DNA of 64,000 nt from Dimorphilus gyrociliatus (Eukaryota; Animalia; Annelida). Positions 51,700 through 64,000 of the stretch are shown piece by piece (the first letter of the stretch is position 1; each line of letters opens with the position of its first letter). The translations under genes were made by a program, and so were the position numbers. Below the pieces are notes generated by a model that saw only the letters and a list, made by a program, of their open reading frames with translations, was not told the DNA's origin and did not search any database. The DNA lies in the NCBI GenBank assembly GCA_904063045.1, contig CAJFCJ010000006.1, positions 2,780,946 through 2,844,945 of the forward strand. Direction: 5' to 3'.

Positions 51700-52420
51700 A
51701 TTATGCAAATTATTTACAACAATTTGATTTGTTTTTTTTTACACTATCTACATGGTTAATTGCAAATTTTTATGACCATCTTTTTAAATAATAACAGCAC
51801 AATACTACCTCTTCAAATCAATTTTTCATAATCTGCACGATGTTCAAATATAGGGCGAACTCTTATTCAACAAGAACTTTATACTGCTCCTCCTTCTCCT
51901 CCTCCATTAGCGATTCAAACAGAAGGAACAGGAGTCGTCTTAACCAACGGCATTTCCCCTTCAGGCAAGAGAATCACCTATATAATAAATTGAATAAAAA
52001 ATTAGACAATAATTACAATAATGTATTTATAAATTTTATACTAACAGTTCTAAAAGTGATCAGATTTTTCTCGATCTTGCCAAAAACCAGTTGGTGATTA
52101 CGGTCTTTCTCGAAGACGACTGAAGAACCTTTCACAGATTCGTCCTTTTATTCACCTATTCGTTATATAGTGAGCAATTCCCAAGAGTAGATTCACTTAC
52201 ACTACTCTAGATGAAAATAACAACTTTGTCCCAACTACAGACCTGATTGTTTATTAGAATACAGCTACAACTCGGATGCTTTCTAAACATTTTTTTTTCT
52301 AATCAACGTCCTATATAAATTTATAATCAATTTGATATTTGCAACTTTAGCTACAATTAAAGACTTTTGCAGAAATTAAATTTTTAACTCTAATTAACCA
52401 GGTACCTATTTACATATCAA
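51700..52420 (-). ncRNA. Candidate spliced lncRNA (no long ORF)
   Basis: Genome-typical GT-AG introns on the minus strand at 52156-52200 (45 nt), 51978-52045 (68 nt) and 51748-51808 (61 nt). The exon starting at 52155 has stops in all three frames within 24 nt, and the longest AUG-ORF is 27 aa. Confidence 0.4.
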
Positions 52421-52961
52421 TCTAGTTCAGACTGGTTTTTTGAGTAGTTAATTTTTTATGCGTCTGGGTTAAAAAAAAACTTTAGAAAAAAAAATTACAT
52501 AAAAAATGCTTTCGTCGAGAAATAATTTTCTTTGAATATACGATAAAAATTGTTAATATATTCAACAATAGTTTATACTAAGAAAGACTAGTGAGAAAAC
52601 CCTATTATGGTATATAAAAATCATAATTGTAGCCTAATTAGTACATAAACTTGTCATTAGAGGCGTCTAAACAGATTAGACGTCATTTTTATTTGTTTGT
52701 AATTGTTTTAGTTTGTAAGCACTCACTTTGTTTTACGTTTCTTTTAAGGTTTTCTCTCAAATAATATATCTGAAATATGAATGTATAAGAATGGCCCAAT
52801 AAATGGACTGATGATAAAGACCTAGTATTTTACATAATAGGTCTGTAAAGACCTATTATGATAATAATAACGTTTTTATCGGTAAACTACGATCTTGAAG
52901 TTAATTAAATCAATTTTTGAAAAAAAAAGATTTATAATGACAATATTTAATATTCAAATAA

Positions 52962-53620
52962 ATGAAGAAAAGTAGAGATATTAATAACGTTTGGTCCAAT
53001 AACCTATTAAACTGTAAAGAAGATCCAAAAACTTGTAAAACCAGTTTCTTTTGTCCTTGTATAATTTATGGGAAAAATTCGGAATTTGTAGGTATTTTTT
53101 AACGAAATGAACCATGACTAAGCAATATTTTTTTTTAAATTATTTCCTAATAGCTGGGTTATTCATTCAAATTAAACACTTTTCTATATTGTATTGGAAT
53201 GATGACTTGTACATGTTGTATTTTCGGTATATACCATAATAATTAATAGGTATATTATTATTCTAAGGATATATTCATTTCATAGGTCAACTCATGAGAA
53301 GACGAATAAGACAGTATAAGAATATCAATGAATCATTCTATAACGATATAATAGTTCATTGTCTATGTCCAATTTGCAGTTTAGAACAGGAATTCAGAGA
53401 ATTATATTTATTTAAAACTAAACATATCATAGGCAAACAGCCAAGGACCATAACATCAGTGGAGGAGGTGAAACTACAAAAACTAGAAAATCTTAAATAC
53501 TCTCATTTAGAACCATTAAGCTCTGATTTTAAGAGTTACGACAGTATTGATCTAAAAAGTGATATAAAAAGTTCAATTACTGTTCCTAAAGTTTTAAAAT
53601 CGGATGATTTCTCCTACTAA
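52962..53620 (+). CDS. PLAC8/cornifelin family cysteine-rich protein, 3 exons
   Basis: Model: MKKSRDINNVWSNNLLNCKEDPKTCKTSFFCPCIIYGKNSEF|LGYSF...CTCCIF|GQLMRRRIRQYKNINESFYNDIIVHCLCPICSLEQEFREL. This matches the PLAC8 pattern (W..L.C..D..C...CPC..YG.N; R..IR..Y.I..S...D...H..C..CSL.QE.REL). Confidence 0.85.
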
Positions 53621-53904
53621 ACAATGAAATATTCCTTATTAAATCATTATCACATTGATATACTGTATATATATTTAATAAATATAGTCATTCTGACCTC
53701 ATAAGCATTGCAGTATATTTATTTAAATATTTATAGATATATTGTGTAATATATGTAAAACGATAACAAATAAAAGCCTTATATTAAGTACATAGAACAA
53801 AAATAGAAAGTTTATATTCAACCTAATCATTAATTTTTGATCAATTACATCATATTGCCCTATAGATTATCTCTGTTGAGCTTTCAAGGAAGTTTTTTAA
53901 ATAG

Positions 53905-54349
53905 ATAATAGAACTATATTATGCTATATATTCATCATTAATATCGATCTTAAAAGAATACTTTGGTATATAATTCATTTATTATTAAAGTAAAAAGTTA
54001 TATATAGCTTCAAATTAAAGGGCTATCATACAAGACGCATTGTTTAGATGTGTTGTTAAGCTTTATCTATTGCATAATTGTGTTGATAACTTTCTTTTCA
54101 AAGTTCATTCATTCTTCTCAAAGAAGATTATTTCTAATCACGAATTATATAATAAGTTTGGTAAGAGAAATTGAAATATTTCTTTTAATGTTTCTTTTTA
54201 TAGGATATAATAAGGACAAATGTCAATATCAATTTCACAACTATTTGTGCGCTCATCGAATTCCTGGTATGCTTGAAGAGACCTCCCGCCCCCTCCCTAA
54301 ACAAAAAAGTAATATTCGTATAACTCGTCATCTATTATTAAAAAAATAA
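53905..54349 (+). CDS. Candidate orphan protein (at least 115 aa; start codon not found)
   Basis: Exons 53905-53965, 54021-54160 and 54204-54349 join in frame across 55-nt and 43-nt GT-AG introns. The product reads ...FIINIDLKRILWAIIQDALFRCVVKLYLLHNCVDNFLFKVHSFFSKKIISNHELYNKFGYNKDKCQYQFHNYLCAHRIPGMLEETSRP... No family was recognised. Confidence 0.35.
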
Positions 54350-55219
54350 CTATTTAAATTATGACATTTTAAATATAAATAGCTAATTGTTTAGTGATTA
54401 ATATTGTGTGCTTTGGTACGAAACTGTGCTTACGTGAGAAACTGTGGTTATTAAAACTTATAACCACAATTGTGAAATATCTATTATGTGGTTGCATAGC
54501 TAAGACGTTACATATTTTGTTTCCTACGTCAATATCAGAGAAATTAAATATGATAATATTTGAGACTTATAATAAACTCTTTCTGTTTTTTTCTTTTGTT
54601 TATTTCTCTATTTTTCGAGTGCTTTCAACAAGCATATTCTTATAAACTTAACAATTTTTTCCCTCATCTATAATTCCAATAAATATCAGAATTTCTGGTA
54701 AAATAAACCTTGCAAAGTAAGAAACAATCGCGTGAGACTATATTGTCCATATTTCAAAGCGCACATCTTCAAAACTTGTTTTACAAGTTACTTTCTGAAA
54801 ATTGTAAATAATAACTTTTAGAAAATAAGCATTAATAGGGAATTACTTATTAATGCTTTTATGGCAAAACAATTTAATGAAGTAATTTGTTTTCTTATAA
54901 AATTATTCATTATTACGAAATGCTTTTCCTTTCGTTAATGAAGTTCAGCACAATATTATGCAATTTTTTCACGGCTACATAACATGACAAAGTTTTATAA
55001 CCAAGCATAATGTGGTTTCAAACCGACTGTATGGTTACATCCATCTTTCAGACAGTTGAACTTCATAGCCACATGGCTAGGCCATTTACTTCAATATTCT
55101 GAAATTTCCTATAAGAATTTTCATATTTTATTCCATTGACACCTCAACCAATTGATAAAGTCAAATATTGTACCAAAAGAACTTATTAAATATAAAAATA
55201 AAAACGTTAATCGGAAGTG

Positions 55220-57403
55220 ATGGCTAACCCAGGAGAAGTATCGAAAAAAGGCAAGAAAAAGACGAAAGCTAATAAGAAAAAATGGATGGAAGAACTATCC
55301 GACGAGGAAGAAATAGTTATACCGAAAACTGTGGAAAAAGTTTCAAATAAAAGAGGTAACGTTGATACACATATGTTGGTTGATACGTAAAATAAAATGC
55401 TTACGTGTTATTCGATAGAACGAGGAGGAAAGAAAGACCCCAAAATTGAAAATCTCAAAATTGATTCGGACAATGACGGCAACGACAAAAAAGAGAATGG
55501 AAATGAGGAAGAAGTTGAGGAGCAATATTTTGGCGAAATTGAGGAAACCAAGCCGGAGCCGGAAGTTAAAACTGAAAACTTAAGTAGGAAAGAAATGAGA
55601 AGATTAAAAAGGAAAAATGAACTTTTGAAAAATTATCCAAAAGAGAGTAGTGATGGTCAAAATGGTTTGGACTCTCAGTTTTCAATTTCTCAAGCGACCC
55701 AAGGCAAACGAGCAAACGCCGCCCTAGAAAATCAAGTAGATATCAAAGTCGATAAATTTTCAATTGCTGCGAAAGGAAAAGACCTTTTTGTTAATGCATC
55801 ACTTCATATCACTGCAAATCGACGTTATGGCTTAGTGGGTCCAAATGGCCATGGAAAGACTACACTGCTAAGACACATTGCTCTGCGAAAACTTTCTGTT
55901 CCACCAAACATCGATGTTTTATATTGTGAACAGGAAGTTATAGCTGACGACACCCGGGCTATAGATGCTGTTCTTAAAGCCGATTCTAAATGGTTGTCAT
56001 TGAAGAATCAAAGAGAAGACTTACTAACCATTATTAACAGTGGTACTGCATCTGATGAGAAAATGGCTCTATACAATAAGCTTGAGGAGGAGTGGAATAT
56101 TATGAAAGGTGATACAGCACAGTCTAGAGCAAGTCGTATTTTAGCCGGTTTAGGATTTACAAGAGAAATGCAACAGAGGCCGACCAAGAATTTCTCCGGT
56201 GGTTGGAGAATGAGAGTTTCCTTGGCAAGAGCTCTGTTCCTTGAACCAACTCTATTATTATTGGACGAACCTACAAATCATCTTGATTTGAATGCCGTAA
56301 TTTGGCTCGATAACTATCTACAAACATGGAAGAAAACGCTTTTAGTAGTATCTCACGACCAAAGTTTTTTGGATAATGTCTGTACAGATATAATCCACTT
56401 GGATCAGTGCAAATTATTTTATTACAGAGGCAATTACGAGGCTTTTAAAAGAATGTTAGTTCAAAAACGAAAGGAGCAAATGAAAGATTGGGAAAAACAA
56501 GAAAAAAAGCTGAAGGAACTAAAAGCAGGAGGTAAAACGAAAAAGCTAGCTGAAACGAAGGTGAAAGAAGCTCTAACCAGGAAACAGCAAAAAAATAAAA
56601 CAATGCACCAGAAACAACAGCAAGATGAGGATGATAAACCTCAAGAATTATTACAGAAACCCAGGGAATATCTTGTCAAATTTAATTTTCCAGACCCTCC
56701 CCCTTTGAACCCCCCAATTCTTGGGTTACACGATGTCAGTTTTGGATATCCTAAGCAGAAGAAATTATTTGAAAATATTAATTTTGGTATTGATTTAGAT
56801 TCACGTATAGCTATTGTTGGTCCCAATGGCGTTGGAAAATCAACTTTCTTAAAATTGCTTGTAGGAGATTTAGAACCCTTAACTGGGGAGCAACGTAAAA
56901 ATCACCGACTCAGAATAGGAAAATACGATCAGCATTCGGCTGATCAACTGAGGCTAGATTTGAGCCCAGTTTTGTATTTGAAAGAATTATTTGATTTAGA
57001 TTATCAAGATGCAAGGAAAATGTTGGGAAAACTTGGCTTGGCCTCGCACGCACATACTATACCTATAAATGATTTATCAGGTGGTCAAAAATCAAGAGTA
57101 GCTTTGGCCGATCTTGTGTGTCGGAAACCGGATGTACTTATTCTTGACGAACCTACAAATAATTTAGATATTGAATCAATTGACGCTTTAGCATTAGCCA
57201 TTTCCTCTTATAAAGGTGGTGTCATTATTGTGAGCCACGACGAGAGATTGATAAGAGAAACAGATTGTCAATTGTGGGTCGTTGAACATCAGAAAATTGA
57301 GCAAATTGACGGTGATTTCGATGATTACAGAAAAGAATTACTTGAACAGCTTGGTGAACAGCTGGCTGCTACACCATCTGCAGCTGCTCAATCGGCAATA
57401 TAA
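55220..57403 (+). CDS. ABCF1: ATP-binding cassette sub-family F member 1 (ABC50)
   Basis: Lys/Glu-rich N-terminus (exon 1 [14 protein letters not shown]..., one short intron) and two ABC domains: GPNGHGKTT / FSGGWRMR / [11 protein letters not shown] and GPNGVGKST / LSGGQKSR / [10 protein letters not shown]. The [17 protein letters not shown] segment is ABCF1-type. Confidence 0.95.
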
Positions 57404-57747
57404 ACTTTCCTTCTATGATTTATAAATTTGAAATAAATTTATCAAATTATATAACGAATGGTTGTATTAGTTAATTTCTGAATGTCTTTTAAATCTATGT
57501 AAACGTATATACATTTATGAAGACGGTATACAACGTTGAAAACATTTATTTTTTGTGTAAAAATCATTTAAGAACAGGAAAATAGTAGACTATACATTTT
57601 TACCAAATCAATCTATATTTGGACTTTAACTAAAAGAAAAATAAAAAATACATAAAAGAAAATACGAGATTCAAATTCATATAGTCACAATTAGACTTTC
57701 TAATAAAATATTCCATAAGTTTATTGGTGTAAATAGATCATTTATCT

Positions 57748-60700
57748 TTAGAGAGTAGTGTCGAACCAAGCAGCCATCTGACCTTGAGAATCTTGCGAAG
57801 TGTTCTGATTATTTTGTGGATAATTACCGTCCACGGGACCGTAATGATCAAATCCTATTTGTGAAAGTCTGTATTAAATAATAGTATGTCATTTGTGTAC
57901 AAATTCCATACCTTGTCTACTGTCTCGGCTATCATTTGGGTCCACCCAAGCAGCACTACTTTCTCCTCTCATTAATGAATTTGTCAATTCACTAGACAAC
58001 CGCTTTCTATAGTCATTGGGTTTATCTTCTGACATACGGAAAAGTACAGCGGCAGCATAGGTTGCAACCCCTTCGTTATGAGAATGAAGAAGTTCCGTAA
58101 GCGGGCTTGTAGCACCCTCTCTCTCAATCATCTCGGCACCCTCCTTGTCCGAAGCAAGTTCGCAAAGAACGCCTGTTGCTACTCGCTGCACATTTTCGTT
58201 GTTTGAATATAGCAATTGAACGAAAATGGGTACAGCGTCTAAGTTTCGAATAACGTTTCTGTTTGTAACATCCCTGGCAAGTATATGAAGGGCGCCGACG
58301 CATGCCTCAACTATTTCCTCCATACGAATACCATCAGTTTGATTTGGGGGTGCTCCTTGTCGACGTTGTGTATCTTGATGAGCTTTTACCATTAAGTGGA
58401 CGATTCTTGGAAGGGCACCGTGCTCTCTCAAAGGTGTATGGTTTGAGGGTAAAAGAGCCAAATTTCTGATTAAACCAACTACAGCCTTTATTAACGGCCA
58501 TCTACTGGGCGGATGAAGAAGCTTAACAAGAACAGGAAGTCCGTACTGTTGCCTGTTTGGAAAAGAAATATTGTCTATATATCTATTACCGTTCAATCTT
58601 CAACAGTCAATAAACAATGGAATGAGACGGAAGTCCTAATCAATTTCGTCAATTGATTTACGTCAATCAAAGTTATATAAAGAGGTACATGCATGAAATA
58701 CTTTCTAGAAGTGCCGTTAAAAGCATAAATACCTGATAATGTCTTGCGCAACTGGTGCTTGTTCGTGTCTGGAAGTTAAATGCCTTAGAGCACAAATTGA
58801 AGGTTCTGTAATGTCTTCTCTATCGCCGGCTTGCAAAATAGTTCTCACTAAAGCCTCAACACCTCCTCTTTGAACAACTGCCATCTTGTTTTGTTGATTA
58901 TTACATGTAAGATTACTGAGTATACCAGCCGTGCAAGTAACGATATTGACATCCTGATTTGATAATAAATGAATGAGCATCTGTAAAAGGTCATCCAAAT
59001 TGTTCACTTTAGTCGCGGCATCTGAGAGGTTTCTAAGTGTCCACAGGCAATTTTGTACTAAGCGAACACTTTGAGAAGACAGATGTAAAGCTAATGCTTG
59101 TAAGCCACCTGCCTCGACAATGGCTGCCTTATTGTTAGCACATACAGACAATACTTTTAGGACTCTGGAAGATGTCCATAAAAGCTTTTCATAATTGTAT
59201 TGACGCATAATTCGTACAAGTTCAGCCGGTCCCCCGCTTGCCAATATGATTAATTTTGATTCTTGATTGCCATATGTTAATATTTGAAGGCAGTCGGTAG
59301 TGATTGCCAGAAATTTATCATTGTGGCGTTGTAATAAGGCTACCATTTTTTGCAAACCCCCTGCTAGTCTCACTGCCATTTTGGCCCCATCTTGGTGTAG
59401 GAGGAGGTTGTGTAGTGTTGTTATTGCGTAAAACAAAACACTTTCAATATGACTCCCAAGTAATTTTACCAAGGCTGGAATACCACCAGATTTAAAAATA
59501 GCTAAGAGGCCTTGCTTATGGTGGGAAAGATTGTGAAGAGTTCCCGCAGCACAGCGGGTCGTCTCATGGTCAGCCGTATTAGACATAGCTCTAACCAGAG
59601 CGGCCACCATTTGTTGGGAATTCATTATAGCATGCCTGGAAGCTTCTTTTTTCGACAATTGATGGACCATCATCGCTGCTTGGGAAACAACTACTTGGTC
59701 TTCATCATTTAATAGCTTTGTTAACTCTGGAATAGCTCTCGTAGCCAAATCGGCATCATCTTGATAGTTGATGAGGTTGACAACAGCCGTCTTGAGCATT
59801 TGAGACGGTTCCGATAGTCTTTGGACGGCGGTCTCTTGATCCGGATGAACTTGAGTTCCCGGTATTTGTACTCCTTCTTCCAAAGTTTCTGGAAACATTG
59901 CAGCTCTAACGCGAGCCGATCTTGATTGATTTAATTGCATCTCATCAATATCGTCATTGGCGGGAGCGTATTGTTGTTGATCCATATCGTACAACATAGT
60001 TGAAGTATCCATACCTTCGCCAGGTGGAGCAGGTGGGGGCGGAGGTTCAAGATCATCGTGCATACTATTCGCAACGCTTTGAGCGCCTGTAGTAACTCCT
60101 GATTGAACACCGCTGTCCATGTATTGGTTTTGTCCCCACATCATTACTTGACCTTTTGCATCGACATCTTCCATAAACACTGTAGTAAGAAAATGAAAGG
60201 AAAAGATAATTATCAATTCAATAGCCACTTGGACATTCTAAGTTATACTGGTTACAGAATCTTTATATCTACAATAATATCAATAATCATAAGCGGTTAC
60301 TAACATAGTTCCATCGATCTGAGTATGTCTTATTACGCCAGTTAATTATATCTATTTAAATAGACAGGCCTACATTCTTCGAAAACCAAACAGGACTAAT
60401 AAATTTTTATAAAGGAAAAGTAAAAGTGCGTATACCTTAGAATAAAAAAGAATGACAGCTGATAAAATGACTTACGATCAATGTTTAAAAAACAACTGAC
60501 ATAAAATACCAGAATTTACCTTAAAAGCCAATTGATATTTATAACCCATATAAAATTCACACATTATCCGTTTTCTTCCTCTATCAAAATTTATTAGATA
60601 AAATTCCTTCGCTTTTTTTCTGATTATTATACAAAATAAATTACACAGGAAATAATTTAAATTTCCATATAAAAATAGAAAATTTATTGTTTTTTTTACT

Positions 60701-61040
60701 ATTCGATAATAAAAGTGAAAAAATTCTTTTTATTTCAATAAGGTTTATTATGAAATTATTGATTGTTCTTAAAAAAGAATAAGTTCTGATATTTTATTCT
60801 AAATTCTTTTAGACACTTTCGAAAGTGCGATATGACAGTTGTGAAAATTTATGATGCCTAATCCTGGTCAAACATCGTCTAAGGTAATAAATATCATAAC
60901 AAGATCATAAAAACAATATAGACTCGCATTGTATAAATCGATCAGTTGTGTAGCAGTGATCAGATTAATTACATAACTTTAAAGCAAAAAATAAGTCACT
61001 TACTTTGTCTTGGTTGTGCCGCATTCTGTCCGTAAGACAT
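57748..61040 (-). CDS. CTNNB1: Beta-catenin (armadillo)
   Basis: Exon 1 [12 protein letters not shown] (ATG 61040), degron [46 protein letters not shown], armadillo repeats and [13 protein letters not shown]. The last exon ends AAWFDTTL* (TAA 57748-57750). Confidence 0.98.
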
Positions 61041-61512
61041 GGTTCCTAAAAAAAAATTTAACTTAGTTTACGGTAAGAAATGATTAAGGCCGGAAAGCAT
61101 GTCTTTGTTATAAAATATGCGAATCAATCAGGTGAGAGGCAAATTTCTACAAATCGCGTTAACGTACCTTAAAAGAAAATTAATAATATGAGCTCCAAGC
61201 TTATTATATGTTAGTCTTTTTTTATTAGAACAAGTTAAAGGTCGATTTTTATAATAAACTCGATCGATTGGGCGGCGAACAGTTATTGATATTTGATATT
61301 CAACATGGCTGCTACTAAACAACAGTGGCGCCACCAAAATTGTATTTCTGCTAGTAAGCTGAAGCGTCACCTACAATAGTATCGATATAGCATAACTCAA
61401 TTAGAAGGCTAATCGGTTCACACAATTAATAATTTTAACTTTGAAAAATAACTGAATTTATTATTAAAAAGAAAAAAACAAACGTTCAAATGGAAAAATA
61501 ATTCATAGTTAG

Positions 61513-62464
61513 TTAATACCAATAGGTTTTGGCTCTTTTTTTTGTTTCTTCTATTCCCATAATTTTATTAATTTCTTCTTCAAAAGTTAATAATTTCGGT
61601 TTATAAGTTACTTCTGTAACTTCTTTTTCAGTTGTGTCTTTTTCGGTATTCTCTGTTTTTAGAACACAAGTATTTTTTATTGTTTATGACTTAATAAGAA
61701 TATATTTTGATTGAATAAAAAACCTAAATATGTAGCTGGTGTTACAAAATCTTCTAATTCATCGGCTCCAACAGGCTTAGGGATAATCCTTCCACTTCGA
61801 GATGATACACGGACTTTTCGGCCATCTTCTTTATATCTCCAGTCGATATCAGTGGGTTCACTATTACATAATTCATTAGTAATTAGATAACGATTATTAT
61901 TTGTGCATGTGTACTTAAAAATTTTCTGTATAATATTTATATTATTAAAATAATTGGATGTGTTATATATAATGGCTTGTAAGGCACTTACTTATCGCCT
62001 GGATCAATTAACTTTACTTGATCAGGTACTAATAGTGGTTGCTCAGTACGAATACAAGTTGGAGGAGTGTCTGGAGATGCTTGTTCTGTTTTGTACTCTA
62101 CATTTAAGCCATCTACAAAAACCCAGTTTCTCTCTTTAATAATAGAGTTTATTATCCCAATTTTTCCTTTATCTTTTCCAACCATCACCATTACACGATC
62201 TCCTTTGAACAAAGCCATATCGTCAATATCCTGAACATAGATCTTCTTGTGTTTTTGATCGGGTGCATTGGCTCTTTTAAACTCATCTGTCCACGGTCTA
62301 TGCTCGTTGTAAAACCAATCAGTTTTTTTAACTTCTTTCCATCCAACAAAGGGATAATGGCGTCTAATAAGTCGATGACCTGAGTTTTCATACATAGCCC
62401 GTTCAACATAACGTTGCCAGTATTTCATTTTAACTTTTCTTAACAGAACTTGTCCTAGCCGCAT
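61513..62464 (-). CDS. MRPL24: Mitochondrial ribosomal protein uL24m, 3 exons
   Basis: KOW motif [40 protein letters not shown]|[27 protein letters not shown] and C-terminus [12 protein letters not shown]...KTYWY*. Confidence 0.92.
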
Positions 62465-63078
62465 GCTTTTTTTTTAACTTTTTGTATTATCGTTCATAGG
62501 CAATGTCGGGTACACCTAAATTGTGAAGGAATGGGTTTACCAAAAGAAGTTAATAATTGAAGTAAAATTGAATTTTCACATTATGGCAAAGATATATATT
62601 TAAAATACAAAACAACATGGTTAACGTGCTGATTTTCTTATATGTGTTAAAAAAAATAATATCTTTAGATGTGTCATTTATGTAAAGTTTTAAGTTCAAT
62701 TTTCAACAGAAGGCCTGTTATACTAATAAGAAACAATAAGAATTGCTTTATTAAGAAATTCAATTACTTTACTAATTCTTACGATATCTTTTATTTGAAG
62801 TTGTTTAATTTAAACTTCGTAAAAATTCCTCTCGTGATTTAACTAGACTCATGAGAAAGCGCCATCTGGGAACCTTCTATTTCCGGATTGAGCCTATCAC
62901 GTGTTTAGTTCAATTATAGGCGATACTCCTAAGCGGACGAGTCTAATCAGATAAGAGAAAAACGTCGCACTGCTACAGAAAGTCTGGAATGAGCGCTTGC
63001 AGTTGTAGTAAAACATATCGAATTATTAGTCTATAGATCTCTTTGTTTTCTTCTCTGTACAATCCTGTACATTTACAA

Positions 63079-64000
63079 ATGGACGACGTAAATTGTATAA
63101 AAGAGAAGTTACAAAATGATCCGGACGAAAAATCTGTTAGCAATAAATGAATATTTCAGGTTTTATTTTTCAAGTAACAAGTCTCTTTCTTTTACAGATA
63201 GTCAAACTATTCAAAAAGCTCGATAAACTTGAAATTACATTAGAAATTCTTTGTGTGAGTTCTTAGATAACCCCATTTTTTTATGACAAAAATGTCTTGC
63301 GCATGCGTGTTTAACAGATCGTTTGGAAATATCGGGTGAAAAATAAAATTAGTGTGCTAAAAGATGGTTTTGTCATAAGCTAAAATTTGCGTAAAATCTG
63401 TTTTAGGGGTCAATCTATTTAAAGACGAAGACTCTTAAATTATGAGCAAAATTTTACACTTTAGATAATGGATTACATAATAGTTTCCTAATACGCCGAA
63501 GTAGTTTAGTAGTGCTAAATAAAGCAAATAATAGATCTTTTAGATTACATTTAAAGAGTAATTCTAGGTTTGCGATTTCACAGAAAACGAAAATAGGAAA
63601 GGTAGTCAATAGTTTTAGGAAACATGATGGACGCGTCGGCGATATGGCTAAATTTTTGGTGACAAGATGGAAAGAAATGGTTCCACAGAATGTCATGTCA
63701 TCAAACCCTAATAATACTGGATCGCCAGGTAGCATCATTCGTACAGAAACAGTATCAGAGACAAACCTTGACGTCGACAAGGCTCCGAAAATAGATGTTA
63801 TGAAAAAAATCTCACCAGAAAAGACAAGAGAAAAAGATTCAGATCATAAGAAAGATAAGAAAAGAGAGCGAGAAAATCGAAAAAGAAATCATTCGCAATC
63901 TGTCTCATTTGATGATCAACTAAATTACGACAATTCGAAACCTCATAAATCTAAGAAGAAAAAGAAATCAAAGGATAAGGACAGAGAACATACTCACACG
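63079..64000 (+). CDS. ELOA: Elongin A (TFIIS N-terminal-like domain), 5' part only
   Basis: Not in the ORF track. Spliced model: MDDVNCIKEKLQNDPDEKS|IVKLFKKLDKLEITLEILC|KTKIGKVVNSFRKHDGRVGDMAKFLVTRWKEMVP, followed by a K/D/S-rich linker that is still open at the window end. It matches the Elongin A TND (T.VGKTVNSLRKH...A..LV..WK..VP). Confidence 0.85.

Noticed and set aside
54939-55066. 10-12 bp inverted repeat (ATGAAGTTCA / TGAACTTCAT) upstream of ABCF1
   Set aside because: Single copy with no target-site duplication and no second family member in the window, so there is not enough to call a MITE or ncRNA.
63800-64000. Lys-rich DSDHKKDKKR segment initially suggesting MED19
   Set aside because: The upstream spliced exons encode an Elongin A-type TFIIS N-terminal domain, and no MED19 core motif is present.

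Overview
Gene-dense, AT-rich animal genomic DNA with mostly 45-65 nt spliceosomal introns and short intergenic spacers. This fits a miniaturised invertebrate (lophotrochozoan-like) genome, for example a Dimorphilus-type annelid; the organism call is inference only. I reconstructed about 21 protein-coding loci by hand-splicing. In order: partial LBP/BPI, intronless methyl-end (omega) fatty-acid desaturase, ZRANB2, ERMP1, membrane-anchored FAD amine/L-amino-acid oxidase-like, RNPS1, Na/K-ATPase alpha, ING3, RAD50, CENP-A, TTC25/ODAD4, START-domain protein, PA2G4, CDK4/6, MTRR, ORC2, PLAC8-family, ABCF1, beta-catenin, MRPL24 and partial Elongin A. Many are head-to-head pairs. The most notable signals the ORF track misses are: (1) a spliced non-coding host gene at about 35.3-36.4 kb (minus) with two paralogous intronic box H/ACA snoRNAs showing compensatory base changes and pockets complementary to the 18S sites I recall for SNORA8; (2) a modular TTC25 gene with a duplicated first exon, two microexons and three frame-equivalent, apparently mutually exclusive C-terminal exons; (3) an ORC2 of only about 308 aa; (4) an RNPS1 start codon split by an intron; (5) a second spliced lncRNA candidate at about 51.7-52.4 kb. 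No CRISPR, tRNA, rRNA or recognisable transposon was seen. All exon boundaries are manual predictions with no transcript or database support.
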